NCBI GenBank assembly: GCA_903907995.1
Contig: CAIVQH010000046.1
Coordinates: 212,396-276,395, forward strand
Source of the DNA: an uncultured Verrucomicrobiota bacterium
GTDB lineage: Bacteria > Verrucomicrobiota > Verrucomicrobiia > Limisphaerales > UBA9464
Reading direction: 5' to 3'
Length of the DNA: 64,000 nt
The notes beneath the pieces are model-generated. The model worked only from the letters and a program-made list of their open reading frames with translations, was not told the DNA's origin and did not search any database. The stretch's first letter is position 1. Each line of letters begins with the position of its first letter. Of this stretch, positions 56,926 through 64,000 are shown piece by piece. The position numbers were made by a program, and so were the translations under genes.

Positions 56926-57345
56926 ATGACTCCGAATCGTATCTTACCCGACCTTCAGTGCTCCCTGCTGTGCGACGACGTGCGGCAGGAGGTCAGCGGC
57001 AACCTCATCATTCTCGGTGTGATCGGGCTCATCCGCGTGCCCGGTGTGCCGATCGCGGCCCCTAAGCTCTGCGTGATCAACCGCTGGACCGCCGGCGTGG
57101 GCCAGTTCACCGAACAGGTCCGCCTCATCTCGCCCGACGGCACCACGGTGCTGCGCAAGAGCTCCGCCAAGCTTGCCCTGCCCGACCCTTCGCAGAACGT
57201 CACCAACGTGAGCGTGTTCGGAAACATCGAGTTCCCCACCGCCGGCGTTTATTACGTCGAGGTGCTGGTGGATGACGTCATGAAACTGCGCTATCCCGTA
57301 CCCTTGGTCGTCGTGGCGCAGCCCGGCCAACCGCCGGTCGCCTGA
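56926..57345 (+). CDS. hypothetical protein (139 aa)
   Basis: ATG at 56926 (MTPNRILPDLQCSLLCDDVRQEVSGNLIILGVIG...); the track ORF extends upstream through the tRNA and is therefore trimmed. Confidence 0.4.
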   Translation: MTPNRILPDLQCSLLCDDVRQEVSGNLIILGVIGLIRVPGVPIAAPKLCVINRWTAGVGQFTEQVRLISPDGTTVLRKSSAKLALPDPSQNVTNVSVFGNIEFPTAGVYYVEVLVDDVMKLRYPVPLVVVAQPGQPPVA

Positions 57346-57433
57346 ACCGCCGGCATCCGCCGATTTTCATCGTCTCCGGCCAGCGCGGGATTTTTTCCTT
57401 CGCTGGCCGTTGTCTTTTCCCTGAACTGTCCCC

Positions 57434-58357
57434 GTGGCCGATGCCGACCAACCGCCCGCTCCCGCCGTCCGCCCGGCGCGTTCCTGGCTGCAGTGGGGAG
57501 CGTGGCAGCCGTTGACTGGCGGTGGTGTGGCGGCCTTCGGTGCCGCCACAGCGACACGTACGGTCGCTTTCCAGCTTCTGTTCGCCTTGCTGGCTGCGGT
57601 GGTGGTCACCTGGAGCGCCCGACGGGCCTGGTATCCGCCCTTCCAGACCGCGCTGACGCAGCTGCCGGAGCGCGCCGCCGAAATCCGCGCCGGCCGGCTT
57701 TTCTGGCCGGACACCAATGCGGTGACGCTCGGCGAAAATCCCCAGCTCGCCCTCGCCGTGGATCCCACTGGCACGGGGGAACTCGGCCGTAGTGCGGACC
57801 TTCAGCTCGAACTGCGCGCCAAGGAGATCCGGTTCAACGGCCTGTTCGGCGAACAGTTCCTGCCCTACCCGCCCCAACTCCAAGTCTCGCTCGATCACAC
57901 GGGCGGACCGGCGGCCTGGGGCGCATGGAACTGGGTCGGTCTCGTGTTCATCGGCGCCGCCGTGCTCCTTAGCCTGCTCGCCGTCTGGTGGCTGACGGGG
58001 ATCGTCCTGGCTCCGTTCGTCTGGCTGGCGGCGTTCATCCTGCGCCGCGAAGTCACGCTGGGTGGGGCCGGGCGAATGATCGTGACTGCCTGGCTGCCGG
58101 CAGGCGTGGTGCTCGTGGCAGGGATTCTCCTGTACGCCCTCGACTGGTTGCGGCTGACCGGCCTCGCCTTCACCACCGCCGCGCACCTGGTGGTAATGCC
58201 GCTCTGGCTCGTATGGGGGATCTTCATGCTCCCCGACCGGACGCGGAAGAAGTCGCCGAAGAATCCGTTTAACCCGGAGGCCACGAAGTCGTCGACGAAG
58301 CTGTCTTCATCCAAGAAACCGACAAAGCAAAACCCCTTCGGCAAAGCGGACGAATAG
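57434..58357 (+). CDS. hypothetical polytopic membrane protein
   Basis: GTG start; ~6 hydrophobic helices; Lys/Ser-rich C-terminal tail. Confidence 0.45.
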   Translation: MADADQPPAPAVRPARSWLQWGAWQPLTGGGVAAFGAATATRTVAFQLLFALLAAVVVTWSARRAWYPPFQTALTQLPERAAEIRAGRLFWPDTNAVTLGENPQLALAVDPTGTGELGRSADLQLELRAKEIRFNGLFGEQFLPYPPQLQVSLDHTGGPAAWGAWNWVGLVFIGAAVLLSLLAVWWLTGIVLAPFVWLAAFILRREVTLGGAGRMIVTAWLPAGVVLVAGILLYALDWLRLTGLAFTTAAHLVVMPLWLVWGIFMLPDRTRKKSPKNPFNPEATKSSTKLSSSKKPTKQNPFGKADE

Positions 58358-58377
58358 AGCGGAAAGAGCACCGGTAA

Positions 58378-58445
58378 TTGAATTTGGAAATCAGGAAAAC
58401 AGGAAAAGGCAGATCCGGTTCCGCTTTCCTGATTTCCAAATTCAA
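58378..58445. terminator. 21-bp perfect inverted repeat between two convergent stop codons (bidirectional terminator candidate)
   Basis: ttgaatttggaaatcaggaaa ... 26 nt ... tttcctgatttccaaattcaa, located between stop 58355-57 (+ gene) and stop 58453-55 (nadB, -). Confidence 0.55.
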
Positions 58446-58452
58446 AACCCGC

Positions 58453-60069
58453 TCAGTGACGCGCACGCCGCACCACGGAATCGCGCTGGGCCCAGGCGGG
58501 ATCCAAGTCCGGGAAATCCAAGTTGTAGTGCAGGCCCCGGCTCTCCGGCCGCTGCAGGGCGCACGCCACGATCAGTTCGGCCACGGTCGCCAGGTTGCGG
58601 AGCTCCAGCAGGTCGGCCGTCACGGTGAAGTCCCAGTAGAACTCGCGGATTTCCTCCTGCAGGTGGCTCAGCCGCTTTTCCGCGCGCAGCAGCCGCTTCT
58701 GCGTGCGGACGATGCCGACGTAGTCCCACATCAGCCGCCGGATCTCATCCCAGTTGTGCGATACCACCACCAGCTCATCCGGATCGGTGGCACCACCGGT
58801 CTGCCAGGGTGGGATGGCAACCTCAATGGGCGAGGGCCGTTCCGCGAGGATGCGTTCCGCCGCGCGATGCGCACAGACGAGCGCCTCCAGCAGTGAATTG
58901 CTCGCGAGCCGGTTCGCGCCATGCAGGCCGGTGCAGGCCACCTCGCCGACGGCGTGGAGACCGGCGATCCCGGTCGCACCGTTTACGTCGGTGACCACGC
59001 CACCGCACTGGTAGTGAGCGGCGGGCACGACCGGGATCGGCTCGCGGGTCATGTCGATGCCGTACTCCAGGCACTTCGCGTGGATGTTGGGGAAATGGCT
59101 CAGGATAAAGCTGGCCGGCCGGTGCGAGATGTCGAGAAACACGCAGTCCGCACCCGTGCGCTTCATCTCCGAGTCGATGGCCCGGGCCACGATGTCGCGC
59201 GGCGCAAGTTCGGCCCGCGGATCGTAGTCCGGCATGAAGCGCGCCCCGTCCTTGCCGCGCAGGACCCCGCCTTCGCCGCGCACTGCCTCAGTGATCAGGT
59301 ACGTCTTGGCCTTCGGATGGAACAGGCACGTCGGATGGAATTGCACGAACTCCATGTTGGCCACCGCTGCGCCCGAGCGATAGGCCATGGCGACGCCGTC
59401 ACCGGTCGCGATGTCGGGGTTGGTCGTATAAAGATACACCTTGCCGCTGCCCCCGGTGGCCAGCACGACGACCGGCGCGGCGAACACTTCGACGCGGTTC
59501 TTTGGCCCGTCCAGCACGTACACTCCCGCGATCCGGTTCGGCCCGGCCGCGCCGAGTTTTTCGGTCGTGATGAGGTCAATGGCGTGATGATTCTCAAAGA
59601 CGCTGATGTTCGGCTGGGCGGCGATGGCGGCGAGGAGCGCACGCTCGATCTCCGCACCCGTGGCGTCCTTGGCGTGCAGGATGCGCCGCTTGGAATGGCC
59701 GCCTTCGCGGGTCAGGTCGAGCTCATGCGCGCCGGGGGTCTCGGGCGTCTCGCGCTCGGAGAAGTGCGTGCCGAGCTGGATCAGCTCCGCGATGCGGGCC
59801 GGTCCCTCCTCAATGATGGTGCGGACGACCGCCTCTTTGCACAGCCCGGCCCCGGCTTCCAGCGTGTCGCGGACGTGCAGCTCAAACGAATCCTCCTTGC
59901 TGGTGACGCTGGCAATGCCGCCCTGCGCCCAGTTCGTGTTGGAATCCGCCCGGTTCTTCTTGGTGATGATTGCCACGCGCCCGTGCAGCGCGACCCGCAG
60001 GGCAAAGGTCAGCCCGGCGATGCCGCTGCCCAGTACCAGAAAATCAAACGGACGCGTCTCGGAGGCCAT
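58453..60069 (-). CDS. nadB: L-aspartate oxidase
   Basis: FDFLVLGSGIAGLTFAL (FAD fold)...NWAQGGIA...; 538 aa collinear with NadB/fumarate-reductase flavoprotein. Confidence 0.9.
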   Translation of the reverse strand: MASETRPFDFLVLGSGIAGLTFALRVALHGRVAIITKKNRADSNTNWAQGGIASVTSKEDSFELHVRDTLEAGAGLCKEAVVRTIIEEGPARIAELIQLGTHFSERETPETPGAHELDLTREGGHSKRRILHAKDATGAEIERALLAAIAAQPNISVFENHHAIDLITTEKLGAAGPNRIAGVYVLDGPKNRVEVFAAPVVVLATGGSGKVYLYTTNPDIATGDGVAMAYRSGAAVANMEFVQFHPTCLFHPKAKTYLITEAVRGEGGVLRGKDGARFMPDYDPRAELAPRDIVARAIDSEMKRTGADCVFLDISHRPASFILSHFPNIHAKCLEYGIDMTREPIPVVPAAHYQCGGVVTDVNGATGIAGLHAVGEVACTGLHGANRLASNSLLEALVCAHRAAERILAERPSPIEVAIPPWQTGGATDPDELVVVSHNWDEIRRLMWDYVGIVRTQKRLLRAEKRLSHLQEEIREFYWDFTVTADLLELRNLATVAELIVACALQRPESRGLHYNLDFPDLDPAWAQRDSVVRRARH

Positions 60070-60252
60070 TGAGTGGCGGAAGAAAGCACGCTTTCAGCGG
60101 CCGGCGCAAAGCTCAAAGCGAGGGAGCGAAGGCAAAAGGAAAAAGGTAAAAGGCAAAATGAGGAGCATCCGTTCCGGACGGCTGACCATTGGGCGGCCAG
60201 GACAAACAAAACCGGCCCGCACGTATCCCACTTATTCGAAAGCCCGTGTTTT

Positions 60253-60301
60253 GGACTTCGGACTTCGGACTTCGGACTTCGCACCTTGGACCTTGGACCC
60301 G
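60253..60301. repeat. heptanucleotide tandem repeat (ggacttc)x4 + (ggacctt)x2-3
   Basis: ggacttcggacttcggacttcggacttcgcaccttggaccttggaccc in the nuoA-nadB intergenic region, 185-230 bp upstream of the nadB ATG. Confidence 0.7.
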
Positions 60302-60312
60302 GGACTCCCCTT

Positions 60313-60696
60313 TTAACGCGTCCAGTCAAACGCGCCTTTCTTGAGCGCGTAGAGGTAGCCGGCAAAGAGGATGCCCAGGAAGCTCACCATGCCCCCGAGG
60401 ATCAGCGCCGCGTTCTGGTGCAGCAGCTCCTTGTACACGACCGCCCACGGATACATGAACACGACCTCGATATCGAAGAGCACGAACAGGAGCGCCACGA
60501 GGTAGAACTTCACCGACAGTCGCGAATTGCCGGGCCCTTCGGGCGGCATGCCGCACTCGTAGGGCATGTCCTTCGTCTTGGTGCGGCGGCCCAGCTTGCC
60601 CGCGACGGCGGAGAAGGCGAGCGTGCCGCCGGCGAAGCCGATCGTCACGAAAACGAACAGAAGGACCGGAAGGTATTGCGACAACTGCGAATCCAT
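60313..60696 (-). CDS. nuoA: NADH-quinone oxidoreductase subunit A (NuoA/NdhC)
   Basis: ATG at 60696 (GTG alternative at 60738): MDSQLSQYLPVLLFVFVTIGFAGG...YECGMPP...RLSVKFYLVALLFVLFDIEVVFMYPWAVV (three TM helices, conserved FDIE motif). Confidence 0.8.
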   Translation of the reverse strand: MDSQLSQYLPVLLFVFVTIGFAGGTLAFSAVAGKLGRRTKTKDMPYECGMPPEGPGNSRLSVKFYLVALLFVLFDIEVVFMYPWAVVYKELLHQNAALILGGMVSFLGILFAGYLYALKKGAFDWTR

Positions 60697-60751
60697 GTCG
60701 GGACGGAGCGTAGGCAGGCCGGCGGCGTTGGCAAGCACCGTGGCGCACCGG

Positions 60752-63733
60752 CTATTCGGTCGCCACCAGCCGGTAGAATTTCCAGAGCTCTCCCGGCGCC
60801 ACCGGGTCCGTCACCGTGAAAAACTCCGTGTCCGGTGTGACGGTCGGGCCCGGGGTCCACGTTTTCAGGTCGGTGGAATGCTCCACCTGATATGTGACAC
60901 CGGGCAGGCCCTGCACCTGGAACTGCACCCCGCCAGCCGCGCTCACGACCGTCGTGCCAGACACAATGACCGGCGGCCGTTCCAGCAGCAGATTCAGCGT
61001 GAAGCCGCCCGAGTGGCCGCCGTAGATGTTGCCATCCACCTCGATCTGGTAGGCGGTGCCCGCAATCACGGGAAAAGTGACGTGGCTCGAATAGTCGAAC
61101 GGCGTGCCGCCCTGGTTGTCATTGGACGCGACGAATTGGAGCTGATCCAGCGCGTCCCCGGTGAAGACCCCCAGGCGCGTGTCGAACGTGATGTCCGAGG
61201 TGAAGATCTTCACCCGCCCATTGGTCGGGGCGGTCCAGGTCCACCACACCGAATAGCCGGCGCTGTTGATATCCACGTTCCCGGTGGTGCTGTTGGTGAA
61301 CGTGAGGAGCTTTTCGCCCGCGGCGGTCTCGGTGGTGGCGTTGATGCTGGAGGCCTTCACCGTCGCAAAGAAACCCGTGAGCGGGAACCGGTCGGCGAAG
61401 TTGTCGTTCAGCGGGGGATCACCCGGGAAAATGCTCAGCTGGATCGCGCCCGTGTCGGAATAGTAGCCATCCACCACGATCAGGTAGCGTGTACCGAGCG
61501 TGGCCGTGAAGGTGACCTGGCTGGTCTGGTCGGCCCCGGCCTGGTTCAGGTAGTTGTCATTGCTCCTCACCTCCTGCAGCGCATCCAGTGCGGTGCCGGT
61601 GTAAACGCCGAGCGTGGTGTTGTAGGAGCTGCCGGAGGTGCTGATGGCCACCACCCCGTTGGTGGGCGAGGTCCATTCCCACCAGACCGACTGGCCACCG
61701 GGGACGCCGGCACGACCGGCATCGTCGCGGCTCTCGGCGGTGGCGTTCACATTGGCACCGGTGGTGGTGACCGGAAAACCGGTCAGCACGATGCGGTCGG
61801 CAAAGTCGTCATTGGGCGGCTGTGAAAAGGTCAGGGTCAGCTTCACCTCGCCGGTCGCGCCATCCTTGCCATCCACGGCGATCAGGTAGGTGACACCGCC
61901 CGTCACCGGGAATTTCACCAGTCCGGTCGTGACGCCAGGCCCGACATCGTCATTGGCGGCGATGGCGGTCAGGGCGCCGGGAGCATCACCGGTGTAGGCC
62001 GCGAGCAGCGTGTCAAAATCGCTGCCCTCGGTGCTGAGCGTGAGCCGGCCGTTTGTGGGCGCGGTCCAGCTCCACCAGAGCGAGGCGCCGCCGGGGTTGC
62101 CGGCGTGATCCGGCTCGCCCGGCTGCTTCGTGGCGCCGACGCTGTGGCCCGTCGTGGTGATCCGGCCGCCCACAAGCGGCAGGCGTCGGGCGAAGTCGTC
62201 GTTTGCCGGCAATCCGGGCATGTCGGTGAGGCGCGCCACAAACGCGTCGAAAATTCCGCCCCCGAACACCGGCTGCGCGGACCCGCTGGTCGTGGGCAGG
62301 TACGGCGGCAGAAATGGCCGGTTGGCCTGGCCCGTGATCCACGCCCCACCCTGACCGTCGGACGCGAGACCGAAATTGTAATCGTCGCCCAGGCTGCCAA
62401 AGAAGCTCAGCCAGATCAGCCGGTCGCCAGCGGCGCTCAGCTTCGCGGCAAAGGCTTCAATGCCGCCCGATCCGACCGCTTGGGCGTCCGGCCAGTTGTT
62501 GGCTCCGGTGATGCCGCTGACGAGCACGTTGCCGCTGGGATCCAGCGCGAGACCGCCGGTCTCGGTGAGCAGGCTGGTGTCGCTCACGTACTCGCCGCCC
62601 ACGGTGAACCCGCCGGCATATTGCGAGTCACCCAAGGTATCCTCGCCGGCGGTGCCCAGATACGTGCAAAACGTAAGCGCCCCGCCCTCCGGCGTGAGCC
62701 GGGCCACGAACAGGTCGCGCGAACCGCGATACGCGGGCTGCAGCACTCCGGGCGTGGTCGGGAACTGCGCCGACTCGGTCTGCCCGAGGATCACGGGCGA
62801 ACCGTCGGTGGCCAGGACGACCCGCGCGGCCGCGTCGTCCCCTTCGCCCGCGATCACCGACAGGTAATCCACGCTCTGGCCATTGGCACTCAACCGGGCC
62901 ACGTAGGCATCGAAAGACCGCACGTTGGAACCAAACCGCGTCGGATTGGGAGCGCTGAGGAAATTGGTCGAAATCGTCCGCCCCACCACGACCGCCCGGC
63001 GCTGGGAATCCAGCGCGAGCGCCGCCCCGGATTCAAAGCCGGTTCCCCCGAGGTAGGTCGCATAGATGAACTGGGTCCCATCCGGATTGAGTTTCGCCAC
63101 AAACGCGTCGAACCCGCCGCCGATCACGGTTTGGGCGGCCCCGGCGGTGACCGGGAAATTCGTCGATGTGGTCCAGCCCACAATGTAGGCGTTGCCGTCC
63201 GGATCCACCGCGATGCCCCGGCCCAGTTCAAGATCACCGCCGCCCAGATACGTCGCGTAGGCGGCCGACTTGCCATCCGGATTCAGCTTCAGCACGAAGG
63301 CGTCGTAGCTGCCGCCAAAATCGGCCTGCGCGGAACTGGTGCCGGGCAGCGAACCGCCGGTTTCGCCCGTCACATAGACGCTGCCGGCACCGTCCACCGC
63401 GAGGGCGCGACCGCCCACGCCCGAAATGAAGGTGGAATACACCAGCGTCTTCCCGTCCGCCGAAAGCTTGGTCACGAACGTGCCGTAGCCGCTGTCGAAT
63501 CCGCCGATGACGGCGGTGTGTGGAAAGGGCTCGGAGGTGGTTTGGCCGAGCACATACACGGAGCCGTCGCCACCCACCGTCACGGCAAAGCCCGTATCTC
63601 CGTTGTACCCGCTGCCCCCGCCCCCGAGGTAGCTCGCATACGCCGTGGAGGCGGTCGGCGCCGGTTGCGCCGTGGATCGCAAAGGGAGGCCAAGCCAAGT
63701 GACACTCAGCAGGACCGTGAGAAATTGCTTCAT
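60752..63733 (-). CDS. large secreted surface protein: N-terminal SBBP (beta-propeller) repeats + three tandem ~120-aa PPC-like repeats
   Basis: Signal MKQFLTVLLSVTWLGLPLRSTAQ. Repeated YATYLGG.G.D.G.GIAVD..GN.Y..G.T.S.NFP units (SBBP-type). Three copies of ...P.NDDFADR..L.G....T..N.ATAE...GQSVWWEWT.PTNG......S...DT.LGVYTG.AL..L....NDN.......V.F....G..Y.I.VDG. Confidence 0.7.
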   Translation of the reverse strand: MKQFLTVLLSVTWLGLPLRSTAQPAPTASTAYASYLGGGGSGYNGDTGFAVTVGGDGSVYVLGQTTSEPFPHTAVIGGFDSGYGTFVTKLSADGKTLVYSTFISGVGGRALAVDGAGSVYVTGETGGSLPGTSSAQADFGGSYDAFVLKLNPDGKSAAYATYLGGGDLELGRGIAVDPDGNAYIVGWTTSTNFPVTAGAAQTVIGGGFDAFVAKLNPDGTQFIYATYLGGTGFESGAALALDSQRRAVVVGRTISTNFLSAPNPTRFGSNVRSFDAYVARLSANGQSVDYLSVIAGEGDDAAARVVLATDGSPVILGQTESAQFPTTPGVLQPAYRGSRDLFVARLTPEGGALTFCTYLGTAGEDTLGDSQYAGGFTVGGEYVSDTSLLTETGGLALDPSGNVLVSGITGANNWPDAQAVGSGGIEAFAAKLSAAGDRLIWLSFFGSLGDDYNFGLASDGQGGAWITGQANRPFLPPYLPTTSGSAQPVFGGGIFDAFVARLTDMPGLPANDDFARRLPLVGGRITTTGHSVGATKQPGEPDHAGNPGGASLWWSWTAPTNGRLTLSTEGSDFDTLLAAYTGDAPGALTAIAANDDVGPGVTTGLVKFPVTGGVTYLIAVDGKDGATGEVKLTLTFSQPPNDDFADRIVLTGFPVTTTGANVNATAESRDDAGRAGVPGGQSVWWEWTSPTNGVVAISTSGSSYNTTLGVYTGTALDALQEVRSNDNYLNQAGADQTSQVTFTATLGTRYLIVVDGYYSDTGAIQLSIFPGDPPLNDNFADRFPLTGFFATVKASSINATTETAAGEKLLTFTNSTTGNVDINSAGYSVWWTWTAPTNGRVKIFTSDITFDTRLGVFTGDALDQLQFVASNDNQGGTPFDYSSHVTFPVIAGTAYQIEVDGNIYGGHSGGFTLNLLLERPPVIVSGTTVVSAAGGVQFQVQGLPGVTYQVEHSTDLKTWTPGPTVTPDTEFFTVTDPVAPGELWKFYRLVATE

Positions 63734-63814
63734 GGTGAAAAAGGAAGTTTGGGCGTGAAGCTATCACCGGCATGGGAGGCTCAGCCGGCCATTCCGGCAA
63801 CGGCAAAGTCGGGG

Positions 63815-63877
63815 CGAGTTACGAGTTACGAGTTACGAGTTACGAGTTACGAGTGATGAGCGATGAGCGATGAGGAC
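63815..63877. repeat. heptanucleotide tandem repeat (cgagtta)x5 degenerating to (cgagtga)(tgagcga)x2
   Basis: cgagttacgagttacgagttacgagttacgagttacgagtgatgagcgatgagcgatgagg, 80-145 bp upstream of the SBBP surface-protein start codon (63733, minus strand); followed by a C-rich low-complexity stretch (tctcccatctcccatc). Confidence 0.7.
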
Positions 63878-64000
63878 ACCGGATCGCAGAGCCTAGACCC
63901 CAAACCCCAGATCCCAGACCCCATTCCGCCTCTCCCATCTCCCATCTGCCGCCGTTGCATAATCGCGCCCCGTCCGCATCCTCCGCGCCGTGCAAACTTT

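Noticed and set aside
58921-61825. 383-, 236-, 248- and 419-aa + ORFs
   Set aside because: Antisense to nadB, nuoA and the SBBP surface protein.
62105-63856. 583-aa + ORF
   Set aside because: Antisense to the SBBP gene; ends within the heptamer array.

Overview
High-GC (~65%) chromosomal window with the hallmarks of a Verrucomicrobia/PVC-type genome (inference: several prepilin-type DUF1559/H-X9-DG 'pseudopilin-like' genes, a PVC-style ~1200-aa dehydrogenase/HEAT/cytochrome-c protein, and a Bat/MoxR aerotolerance operon). It is mostly housekeeping genes interleaved with accessory modules. Coding content, start to end: truncated pyruvate carboxylase, secreted coiled-coil protein, GlnD, ECF sigma/anti-sigma/DUF3106 module, ThuA-like protein, orphan RelE/ParE-like toxin, a UgtP/MGDG-synthase-like glycosyltransferase fused to a PHP phosphoesterase, glutathione peroxidase, LRR protein, KdsA, Fe/Mn-SOD, a feoA-feoA-feoB operon interrupted by an IS200/IS605-like (Y1/HUH transposase) element with REP-like hairpin ends, a translationally coupled moxR-DUF58-DUF4381-batA-batB-TPR operon, enolase, two more ECF sigma modules whose downstream partners carry pseudopilin-like domains (one an anti-sigma-like membrane domain fused in-frame to a DUF1559 pseudopilin with a degenerate prepilin cleavage site), flotillin plus zinc-ribbon, a four-gene cluster of uncharacterised proteins, a canonical DUF1559 prepilin-like gene and a 3' remnant pseudogene of another, XylR/AraC-type regulator, Asd, a transposase-less MITE copy of the IS ends, Tat-amidase, PNPOx-like protein, FmdB zinc ribbon, tRNA-Gln(UUG), NadB, an orphan NuoA and a ~1000-aa SBBP beta-propeller surface protein. 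The non-coding DNA holds families of short repeats: heptanucleotide tandem arrays in promoter-proximal positions (upstream of the surface-protein gene and of nadB, and as inverted arrays next to tRNA-Gln), AT-rich palindromic 'arm' elements between convergent or tandem genes, and long GC-rich palindromes. No CRISPR array and no rRNA were seen. Nearly all large + strand ORFs overlapping minus-strand genes (and vice versa) in the six-frame track are high-GC antisense artefacts.
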